DNA of 58,868 nucleotides, taken from positions 1-58,868 of the IMG/VR virus record IMGVR_UViG_3300020438_000040; one strand, given 5' to 3'. The notes under the pieces are model-generated. The model was not told the origin of the DNA. It made no database searches and saw only the letters and a list, made by a program, of their open reading frames with translations. Origin of the DNA: a virus (lineage: Duplodnaviria; Caudoviricetes). The position numbers and the translations under genes are program-made. This document shows, in pieces, positions 51,499 to 58,868 of the stretch (position 1 is the stretch's first letter; every line of letters begins with the position of its first letter).

Positions 51499-53010
51499 AT
51501 GAGTAAAGATCTCGATGAGCTAATTAAAAAGATTTTATTAGAGAGAGAGTTTCCCTTTTCACAAGAAGACTTTCAAAACCCAACGTTGTTCAATAAAGTC
51601 GCAACCATAAAAGATCCGCAAGATGAATTTAATGAGAAGGATCTCGACTTTGACGAGGCATCGAGAGGAAAAGCTGCCTTAACTCCTAAAAACATAGACA
51701 TCGTTAAAGCACTAGCATACACTTCTGAATTCCAAGATTCACAAAAGTCTCGAGAATACTTGCAAAAGATAAAAGGCAACTCAACTTCTCCGTTTAAAAA
51801 ATTCATAGACGATCTTATCGATAGACCTACTTTGGCCAATGAGCCAACTGGAAATTTGTTGGACTTTTATGCTGCTGTTGAGACTGACCCTGCTGTTCCT
51901 TCACTGGATGTTCCCCAAAAGGCAACTGAGAGGTCTAAATTTGAAAAAATGAACATAAAGTCCTTATTGCCGGCAGAGACCCTTTCGGTTTTTAATAAAT
52001 TCTTTGAAGGAACCAAGAGTTCCCAAGGGCGCATTGAAAAACTAATTGAGTACTCTGATGCGTTCGAAGGCGCCTATAGCAATGATGCGGCATCAATTAA
52101 ACTGCTACAGGCACAAGACCCATCAGACGTCTTGGCTGCTTCAATGGTCTTAAAATACGCTTCGATGTGTATAAAAGAAATTAATTCTATGGAAGCCGGG
52201 AAATTTTTTGAGACATTTACTGCACTTTTAATGGGAGGTGTCGTCGTAGGATCGGGCGGTGGAGCAGAAGATGTATTGACGGGTGAAAACCTCAATGTCT
52301 ACACGAGTCAAAAACTATACAAGGACTTGACTGGAGTAAGCCAAGCAGAAGGTTCTCGAGATGAAAAAGGATCAGGTATTTATGGAGCTACAGATAAACG
52401 GATTGTGTATTACCTTATAGGTATTAAAAAGGATACTGAAGATGTGGCTACTTCCAAAAATACTGATATAGCTGCCGTGGACATTTATCTGTGCGGAATC
52501 ACAAGAAAAGGGGCTCTTGAGAGCGCTCAGTATTTTCTCCGTAGTACCGAAGGAACGGCTCTAACGAAAATACAAGTTACAAACGAGAAGAACCCAAGAG
52601 TCCTTCTTGGCGAGGCTATAGACAAATATAAAGAAGAGTGTTACTTGGGGAAGTTAGCGATCGCCGCACCAGATAATCCAGAGGCATTTAGATCTGTGGA
52701 TGTTCTCTTGAACGAAGTCTTCAAGAATATAAATTCCACAGCGATAAAAGCATTTAGTCAAGCTACAAAAAACATAAACAAAGTGCAAAACAGCACAACG
52801 AAGTATGCCACCACATCCAAAGGAATAAAGGTTTCAGAACAAATGAAAGAGGCCGGACAAATTATAACAGGGTACCAAGAGCTAAGACAAAACTTAAAAG
52901 ATGTTATTAGCGGCTTTACTTTAGGCTCTGCAAAAGGAACAGCCAAGAGTAAATCTGCAGAGCTTGACTCTCTTATCGAATCAATAATCAATAAAAAGTT
53001 ACTCAAATAA
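51499..53010 (+). CDS. Hypothetical protein with a possible PD-(D/E)XK nuclease-like core and LDELIKKILLE N-terminal peptide
   Basis: AGKFFETFTALLMGG......EDV.......SQKLY. Confidence 0.5.
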   Translation: MSKDLDELIKKILLEREFPFSQEDFQNPTLFNKVATIKDPQDEFNEKDLDFDEASRGKAALTPKNIDIVKALAYTSEFQDSQKSREYLQKIKGNSTSPFKKFIDDLIDRPTLANEPTGNLLDFYAAVETDPAVPSLDVPQKATERSKFEKMNIKSLLPAETLSVFNKFFEGTKSSQGRIEKLIEYSDAFEGAYSNDAASIKLLQAQDPSDVLAASMVLKYASMCIKEINSMEAGKFFETFTALLMGGVVVGSGGGAEDVLTGENLNVYTSQKLYKDLTGVSQAEGSRDEKGSGIYGATDKRIVYYLIGIKKDTEDVATSKNTDIAAVDIYLCGITRKGALESAQYFLRSTEGTALTKIQVTNEKNPRVLLGEAIDKYKEECYLGKLAIAAPDNPEAFRSVDVLLNEVFKNINSTAIKAFSQATKNINKVQNSTTKYATTSKGIKVSEQMKEAGQIITGYQELRQNLKDVISGFTLGSAKGTAKSKSAELDSLIESIINKKLLK

Positions 53011-53011
53011 C

Positions 53012-53040
53012 TTGACAAACCTTTTACAAGAGGTTATATT
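53012..53040 (+). promoter_or_regulatory. Sigma70-type early promoter of groEL
   Basis: TTGACA-N17-TATATT. Confidence 0.85.
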
Positions 53041-53066
53041 ATATATATAAATTCATTGGAGGAATA

Positions 53067-54635
53067 ATGAAGCATTATAATCAAGGGTCTCCCCTCAACC
53101 AAAAGATAATCGAGGGAGTTGATATCCTTGCTGATAATGTCGCAACGACGCTCGGTCCTCGAGGTCGCAATGTGGCGCTGTATCACAAAGAACAGAACGT
53201 GCCTGTGATCACCAAAGATGGTGTTACCGTTGCTAAGTTCATTACGCTGGAAGATCCATTCCAAAATCTTGGAGCACAAGTTATCAAACAAGCTGCTGAG
53301 CAATCTGTTGCTAATGCTGGTGATGGTACAACAACCGCCACGGTATTAGCACGTGCAATACTCAAAGGATCACAACGATACCTTACAGCAGGTGTAAGCC
53401 CTGTAGAATTGAAGAGGGGCATCGACAAAGCAGTGGTTGCTGTTACGGAACGACTTGCTGAAATGTCTCGACCCATTCAAACAGAAGAAGATATACGACA
53501 TATCGCAACGATCTCGGCGAACAATGACTTGGCCATTGGTACGCTCATATCGACAGCCGTTGATAAAGCAGGCAAGGATGGCTCTGTGCTCGTTGAAGAA
53601 GCCCGAAGCCAAACTACATCACTTGATCTCATAGAAGGCTTCAGGTTCGATTCTGGGTACGTTAGTAACACCTTTATCAACAATGAAAGAACAGGAACAG
53701 TTGATTATGACAACCCTCTAGTTCTTGTTACTGATGAAAAGATTGAGCATATCGATCAGGTAATGAAGGTTCTTGAAATTGCAGCAAGAGACAATCGACC
53801 CTTGCTTCTTATTGCTAATGATATTGAAGGCCAAGCTCTTGCTGCTTTGATTGCAAACGCAGTTCGTGGTACAATGAAGGTTTGCGCAGTCAAGGCACCG
53901 AAGTACGGAGAAGAAAGAAGAAATATCATGAAAGATCTTTGTTCCTCTGTTGGTGCTAGGTTCATCACTAGAGAGAATGGCCTTGTCCTTAAAGAAATCA
54001 GTCTTACGGATTTTGGTCAATGCAAGAAAATTAACATCACCAAAGGGTGGACCACAATTGTTGGAGGGCAAGGTAATGGAGAAGAGATTGAAACTAGAAT
54101 CACCGCTATTAAGAACGAGATACAGCAGACTGAAAGTCTTCCAGAGTGTGAGAGATTGCAAGAGCGAATTACCAGACTGGCTTCTGGGGTTGCAGTCATT
54201 AAGGTTGGTGCCGCTACTGAAATCGAAATGATGGAAAAGAAACACCGTATTGATGACGCACTGGAAGCAGTACGCTCAGCCCAAGAAGAAGGTATCATTC
54301 CCGGCGGTGGAATTGCCCTTATAAGAGCTACCAATAATTTGACTATAGAAACAGACAACGATGAACAAGCAATGGGCGCAGCAGTAGTCCTGCAGGCCTG
54401 TGAAGCACCTCTTAGGCAGATGGCTATTAACGCTGGTGAATCACCGGACATTATTGTAACGAATGTTAAGTTGGAGTCCAACGATACTGGGTATGATTTT
54501 TTAAACAGAACCATGGTTAGCACATATGAAAAAGGAATTATTGATCCTTGCAAGGTAACAAAGTGTGCCCTGCAGAATGCTGCGAGTGCAGCAGGGACTT
54601 TATTAACAACATCCCATGCAATTGTTGATTGTTAA
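53067..54635 (+). CDS. groEL: Chaperonin GroEL
   Basis: TTLGPRGRNV, ITKDGVTVAK, AGDGTTTATVLA, EGFRFDSGY, KAPKYG, ERITRL, PGGGIAL, GIIDP. No GGM tail. Confidence 0.97.
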   Translation: MKHYNQGSPLNQKIIEGVDILADNVATTLGPRGRNVALYHKEQNVPVITKDGVTVAKFITLEDPFQNLGAQVIKQAAEQSVANAGDGTTTATVLARAILKGSQRYLTAGVSPVELKRGIDKAVVAVTERLAEMSRPIQTEEDIRHIATISANNDLAIGTLISTAVDKAGKDGSVLVEEARSQTTSLDLIEGFRFDSGYVSNTFINNERTGTVDYDNPLVLVTDEKIEHIDQVMKVLEIAARDNRPLLLIANDIEGQALAALIANAVRGTMKVCAVKAPKYGEERRNIMKDLCSSVGARFITRENGLVLKEISLTDFGQCKKINITKGWTTIVGGQGNGEEIETRITAIKNEIQQTESLPECERLQERITRLASGVAVIKVGAATEIEMMEKKHRIDDALEAVRSAQEEGIIPGGGIALIRATNNLTIETDNDEQAMGAAVVLQACEAPLRQMAINAGESPDIIVTNVKLESNDTGYDFLNRTMVSTYEKGIIDPCKVTKCALQNAASAAGTLLTTSHAIVDC

Positions 54636-54668
54636 TACTATTTAGTAGGTAGTAAGAGGTTATGTAAT

Positions 54669-54929
54669 ATGAGCAACGACGAGATTCAAGATCTTAAGGA
54701 TGCTATTGTGGATCTATCACATCAGATACAACGTATGGCTGACAAGCAAGACGAAATGCTAGATGATGTAAGAAAGATCAAAGAAGCAATATATAATCCA
54801 GATCAGGGTCTCTATGCTCGTGTTCGTGATCTAGAGCAATGGCAAGCCGGTATTTCTAAATTTGTATGGTCATTTGGTCTTGCAATCATCGGGCTGATAA
54901 TTCAAGCCATTTACACAAACATATTTTAA
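54669..54929 (+). CDS. Coiled-coil protein with a C-terminal TM helix (possible lysis accessory)
   Basis: IYNPDQGLYARVRDLEQW followed by a TM helix. CTATTTA at 54638. Confidence 0.6.
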   Translation: MSNDEIQDLKDAIVDLSHQIQRMADKQDEMLDDVRKIKEAIYNPDQGLYARVRDLEQWQAGISKFVWSFGLAIIGLIIQAIYTNIF

Positions 54930-54943
54930 TACTTGGAGGTATT

Positions 54944-55273
54944 ATGAGAGTAAGAATATCATACGGCATGGAGATTGAGGATGTACCCTCGAGAGCCAGC
55001 GAACTTTTATGCGATACCGTAGACAGACTAGAGGAGACATTATCTACTCTTAAAAGGTGTCGTGACGGCGTTGAGGATTGTGATACAGATTTTAAACATA
55101 TCACTAGCTCTTTAGACAGAGCAAGGCAGTCCCTAGGTGGCGTGGACCAATCAATTCAAGATGTAGAGTACATTCTTGAAGGTCTTAATAATTATTATAA
55201 CGGAGAGCAAGAAAATGTACCAGATCGGAGACCTACTATGGATACCAGCAGGAACACTACTGAAGAGACCTAG
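54944..55273 (+). CDS. Hypothetical coiled-coil protein
   Basis: GGAGG RBS, ATG 54944 (MRVRISY). Confidence 0.65.
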   Translation: MRVRISYGMEIEDVPSRASELLCDTVDRLEETLSTLKRCRDGVEDCDTDFKHITSSLDRARQSLGGVDQSIQDVEYILEGLNNYYNGEQENVPDRRPTMDTSRNTTEET

Positions 55274-55445
55274 GGTTCTAGGTCGTGACGACCTGTTTTC
55301 TAACTTCCACCAAACCAAAGAACCAGAAGTTGCCTTGTTTGTAGGCTATGAGTCACATGATTCTTGCAATATTTTGCTTGACGGTAGAAACTGGTCTGTT
55401 GAAACTAGAAGCGTAAAACATAACATTCAGGGGATAACATGTTAA
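55215..55445 (+). CDS. Small hypothetical protein (GDLV family)
   Basis: MYQIGDLLWIPAG; GGAG RBS. Confidence 0.55.
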   Translation: MYQIGDLLWIPAGTLLKRPRVLGRDDLFSNFHQTKEPEVALFVGYESHDSCNILLDGRNWSVETRSVKHNIQGITC

Positions 55446-55708
55446 TCAGTCTCGTTGAAATTTACAAAACAGGTATGAATAGTCAAACAAGAAAGGTTTA
55501 CATCAACCCTCAAAGTATAATATATATCAGAGAGGATGTTCAAAAGACAACACTTGAAGAAGCAAAATTTTTAGGTTTTTCAGAATTTTCTAGATTTAGT
55601 ACAATATTAATAAACGAGGGAGGAAGCAGTAAATCAATAGTTGTTGCACACTCCCCACAAGAAATTCATGAAAAAATTAATTCTTCTAGAACACTGCTCA
55701 AAGGCTAA
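55439..55708 (+). CDS. FlbD/SwrD-like small protein
   Basis: KVYINPQSIIYIRE...STILI....IVVAHSPQEIHEKI. Confidence 0.55.
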   Translation: MLISLVEIYKTGMNSQTRKVYINPQSIIYIREDVQKTTLEEAKFLGFSEFSRFSTILINEGGSSKSIVVAHSPQEIHEKINSSRTLLKG

Positions 55709-55710
55709 CA

Positions 55711-56007
55711 ATGAAATATTTTATTATAATTTGTAAATCAGAATGTTATTACAGTATTATGGCTAAGGCCGAGTTAATTACAGAAGAATTTGATTTTCAA
55801 TACATTTGTATGGATCATTCACCTGAGTTATTAAATTACTTCAAATCTAATTATTCATGGCGGACTGTTCCCATAATATCTCTCAAGGATACTAGTGATC
55901 CTGATTATGAGGAGTTCATAGGAGGATACTCAGATCTTATCAAGTGGCTCGAGCAAGAAGAAAATCAAAGAAAAATTCGACCTGCTGGTGGAGCGTGTAG
56001 AATATGA
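55711..56007 (+). CDS. Glutaredoxin-like protein
   Basis: CYYS, WRTVPII, FIGGYSDL. Confidence 0.8.
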   Translation: MKYFIIICKSECYYSIMAKAELITEEFDFQYICMDHSPELLNYFKSNYSWRTVPIISLKDTSDPDYEEFIGGYSDLIKWLEQEENQRKIRPAGGACRI

Positions 56008-56341
56008 CTTTGAAGTTAGTGTTGAATTCACCAATGGTTCGAATTCTTTTTGGATCCCGACACCAAAAGACGAAATCAGCGACCTAGATTGTTATGGAAT
56101 AATAGATATAGGAGATGACCAGCCTGAATTTGAAAAACTTGTTTCTTTAATTCATGAAATAGGACACGTCTTGTTTCAGGTTAACAATAAACTAACAGAA
56201 GACCGTTGGCATAATTTGTTTGAGGAATCGCTCGCTTGGTACCTAGGGTACGATTATGCCTTAAGAAACGGAGTTGAGATAGAACTGAGCGAATACGCAT
56301 TACGCGTGGAAAAGGCCTTGAAACTATACTCCGGGAGGTAA
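55988..56341 (+). CDS. HEXXH metallopeptidase-like protein
   Basis: SLIHEIGHV...EESLAW. Confidence 0.65.
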   Translation: MERVEYDFEVSVEFTNGSNSFWIPTPKDEISDLDCYGIIDIGDDQPEFEKLVSLIHEIGHVLFQVNNKLTEDRWHNLFEESLAWYLGYDYALRNGVEIELSEYALRVEKALKLYSGR

Positions 56342-56343
56342 AG

Positions 56344-56997
56344 TTGTATAGCACACCATTGAGATCGAGAATAGATAAAAACAGAGTTAGTTACTTACTG
56401 TCTCTTTTGATAAACCCAAGCAAAAAGATTAAATTTGCTTATTGCACAGACTTGATTGTTGAGAATTCCTTATATGATGAGAGGAATGAACATTATTATT
56501 ATGATGATTTGATTCAAGAATTTTGGCTTAACTATAATACGAACAGGAAGCGCCTGTACCATACAGTACTACAGCAACTAAAACTAAACAGAGAGACCAT
56601 TAACAGCGTTAAGCAGGCCTTGTTTGAGTTAATGCCTATGAATCGTTCATCAATAGTGTTTATATCAAATAATCTATCAGCAAACCATTGTCATAACGAT
56701 GAGGTGATGAGTGATCCTAGGGATATTGATAGCATCAGAGACCTATTCATGAAGACAAATAAAGTATCTAACCTTGAGCACATATCAAGCTTTAAACCAT
56801 CAGAAGGTTGTACGGTTTTAGAGTGTACAAAATATAACTCTAATTTACAGCAACTCTATCATTATTTTTCTAAAGTAATAGATGAATGCGAAAGTATATA
56901 TGTGATCACAGATCACTCTGGGTTTATGAGTAGGTTTACAAATCATATTCACATTAATGATGAATACTATTTATGTTACAACAAGGAGACATCATGA
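56344..56997 (+). CDS. Hypothetical protein
   Basis: 217 aa, TTG start with GGGAGG RBS; no intact catalytic motifs seen. Confidence 0.55.
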   Translation: MYSTPLRSRIDKNRVSYLLSLLINPSKKIKFAYCTDLIVENSLYDERNEHYYYDDLIQEFWLNYNTNRKRLYHTVLQQLKLNRETINSVKQALFELMPMNRSSIVFISNNLSANHCHNDEVMSDPRDIDSIRDLFMKTNKVSNLEHISSFKPSEGCTVLECTKYNSNLQQLYHYFSKVIDECESIYVITDHSGFMSRFTNHIHINDEYYLCYNKETS

Positions 56998-57341
56998 AAA
57001 TAGACAAGCCATGGGGCCACGAAATTCGTTGGGCAATAAACGACAAATATTTGGGCAAGATCTTAAGGATTGAGCCGGGACAAAAACTCTCAAGACAATA
57101 TCACGAACAAAAAGATGAAACTATTTATGTTCTTGAAGGGAAACTCGTTCTTGAGCTAGGCTCTGCTGAAACCGAAAAGGATCTTGTTAGGATCATAATG
57201 TCCCCGGGAGCATCTAGAAGGATAACTCCTGGTACTATTCATCGGTTTTGCGCACCCTCCGGGGGATGTACCCTAATAGAGGTCTCAACACCAGAGATAG
57301 ATGATGTGGTAAGATTACACGATGATTACGGGAGAAAGTAA
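56994..57341 (+). CDS. Cupin (mannose-6-phosphate isomerase-like C-terminal domain)
   Basis: KPWGHE, LSRQYHEQKDETIYVLEG, PGTIHRF, IEVSTPEIDDVVRLHDDYGR. Confidence 0.88.
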   Translation: MKIDKPWGHEIRWAINDKYLGKILRIEPGQKLSRQYHEQKDETIYVLEGKLVLELGSAETEKDLVRIIMSPGASRRITPGTIHRFCAPSGGCTLIEVSTPEIDDVVRLHDDYGRK

Positions 57342-57917
57342 ATGTTATTTTTATTATGTATGCTTGGGTTAGCCCAAGAACAAGAGATAGTCCACAAGGA
57401 CATAATGGTAGCGCCACCGACGATAGATGATGAAGCACTAGAGCAATATGTTCCGTACTTGACTAGCGTCATTGTCGCACAATCGAATACCGACTCTCAC
57501 TGGGTTAGAAGAACCAACCACGGTGATACTGTTTCAATTCACGATAAATACACCATCAATCTCGCGAGAGATACCGTCTGTGATTATAATGAGCCACTCA
57601 AGTGTGGTGTTGAAAATATCCACTGGGTTTTAGTAACAGATATATTTACGGCTGAAAATTTTGCTACTATAATAATGAAGATGTATGGTAATGATGGTAG
57701 ACTAATTGCAACCACAACCAAATCTTCTTACTCAGTTGAGAAATGTAGAGACCAAACCACAAAAACCACAATTACCCAGAAGACCCCAAGAGGCCAATCA
57801 CAAACTGAGATAGTCGAGCAGAAGCCAGATAAGTGTGTTTTTTTAAAACCAAAAATCCTTGATAAGGATCTAAAACAGGCGGTCACAATATTGTTTGCTT
57901 CCATAAGACCCCTGTAA
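57342..57917 (+). CDS. Secreted hypothetical protein
   Basis: Short N-terminal signal (MLFLLCMLGLAQE) and paired cysteines. Confidence 0.6.
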   Translation: MLFLLCMLGLAQEQEIVHKDIMVAPPTIDDEALEQYVPYLTSVIVAQSNTDSHWVRRTNHGDTVSIHDKYTINLARDTVCDYNEPLKCGVENIHWVLVTDIFTAENFATIIMKMYGNDGRLIATTTKSSYSVEKCRDQTTKTTITQKTPRGQSQTEIVEQKPDKCVFLKPKILDKDLKQAVTILFASIRPL

Positions 57918-57993
57918 ATTCCGGCACTATAGATGAATTGCTATCCTTTTTGGTTTTGATCTCCCTAGTTACTTATAGAGGGGGGACTCTAAA

Positions 57994-58731
57994 ATGTTCA
58001 GAACATTACTTATATTTTTGGTGGCGTGTATACCACCAGCTAACGCTCATTTGGATTTGAGCAAATTTAAAATACCAAAGGTAAAACAGGAATTCAATGA
58101 CATGTATACCGAGGATATGGATCCCTATGCGCCTCGAGGACTTAAGGTTTCTTATATGTCCTCTGTGGTGATTGGTATATTTGCCGATGGCAGACAGTTA
58201 GGTAGCGGATCGGGCAATTATTTCAAAATGGGAAAGCACAGATTTATTCTAACAGCAGCACACGTTGTTGATCAGTCTGAAGTAGACATAGTCATAATGG
58301 AAAAAGGCGGATACCAAACTCTGGCGGATGTCGTGTATCACAACCCACATACAGATATAGCCGTTCTGGTTGCGCGGGAAAAATTACACTACACAAAAGC
58401 AATACTCTTTCGTCGCGACATAAACAATGAGATGGGAGAAAAAATTTATCACTGCGGCCATCCTGCAAGGGAGGGGTGGCATATATCCGAAGGTATCTTG
58501 ACAGGCGTTAGAAATGATGTCTTAATGGCCAACACGTTCGCTTGGCCGGGCTCATCTGGTTCTGTTGTTTTTGACGAGGGAGGCAGAGTGATTGGAACTG
58601 TTTCGGCTTTAAGAATGGATTCAATCGCCGGTATCTTTCCACAATTCATCGAACACATTGTTTTAGTATCAAATATAAAGATGCTAGATGATTCAACTTT
58701 AAAGGCAGCGTTGGGGAATGCTAGAGACTAG
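57994..58731 (+). CDS. Trypsin-like serine protease (exported)
   Basis: GSGSG, ILTAAHV (His), DIAVL (Asp), PGSSGS (Ser). CTAGTTA at 57965. Confidence 0.9.
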   Translation: MFRTLLIFLVACIPPANAHLDLSKFKIPKVKQEFNDMYTEDMDPYAPRGLKVSYMSSVVIGIFADGRQLGSGSGNYFKMGKHRFILTAAHVVDQSEVDIVIMEKGGYQTLADVVYHNPHTDIAVLVAREKLHYTKAILFRRDINNEMGEKIYHCGHPAREGWHISEGILTGVRNDVLMANTFAWPGSSGSVVFDEGGRVIGTVSALRMDSIAGIFPQFIEHIVLVSNIKMLDDSTLKAALGNARD

Positions 58732-58868
58732 CTATCAGACCTCCAGCCCGTTGCCTCTCGGTACCCTTATAAGGGACGGAGAGCGAATAGGCATGATATA
58801 CAGAGAGATCAAATTAGGAACTTGGACAGACCAACCCCTATTTAATTGGAGAACCAATTATGAAATAT
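58718..58868 (+). CDS. Partial hypothetical ORF running off the window
   Basis: ATG 58718 is open to the end (LGTLIRDGERIGMIY). An alternative ATG at 58860 has a GGAG RBS. Confidence 0.4.
   Translation, partial: MLETSYQTSSPLPLGTLIRDGERIGMIYREIKLGTWTDQPLFNWRTNYEI

Noticed and set aside
56344-56997. Possible degenerate Dam-like methyltransferase
   Set aside because: No DPPY or FxGxG motif is visible; the resemblance is too weak to call.
1135-58658. Numerous minus-strand and alternative-frame ORFs in the six-frame track
   Set aside because: They lie within well-supported + strand genes, lack RBS or promoter support, and read like antisense shadows. No credible minus-strand gene was found.
1-58868. 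Alternative genetic code, introns or inteins
   Set aside because: Conserved genes (nrdJ, dnaE, recA, helicase, thyX, groEL) are uninterrupted and of normal length in the standard code, and TAA, TAG and TGA all act as stops.

Overview
A 58.9 kb piece of a large lytic myovirus (T4-like/jumbo-type dsDNA phage). Essentially all credible genes are on the + strand and use the standard code. 1-12 kb is a contractile-tail module: sheath, two tube paralogs, a gp26/gp51-like chaperone pair, tape measure and baseplate. 12-25 kb is a replication/nucleotide module: a minimal family A polymerase, a tubulin/FtsZ-like protein, SSB, a DUF262 protein, RecA, a 5'-3' exonuclease, DnaB, class II RNR and ThyX. 25-59 kb is a mixed accessory region with tmRNA, tRNA-Ala, three paralogous fibre-like proteins, glutamine synthetase II, ClpS, ClpP, GroEL, a J-domain protein, DnaE, two DNA methyltransferases, a probable restriction endonuclease, an amidase endolysin and many small ORFs. 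Two promoter classes recur: 18 copies of a TTGACA-N17-TATATT sigma70-type promoter and about 16 copies of CTA(A/T/G)TTA, a putative late promoter. The most unusual signals are: (i) anti-Shine-Dalgarno elements in the 3' UTRs of ssb and recA that are complementary to the ribosome-binding sites of many phage early genes, one of them fused to a textbook H-type pseudoknot/terminator; (ii) late-expressed proteins sharing an N-terminal amphipathic, Glu-terminated peptide (candidate head-packaged cargo, including SAM-lyase-like and nuclease-like proteins); (iii) a nearly complete phage-encoded proteostasis toolkit. All protein calls come from motif recognition by eye; no database searches were run.
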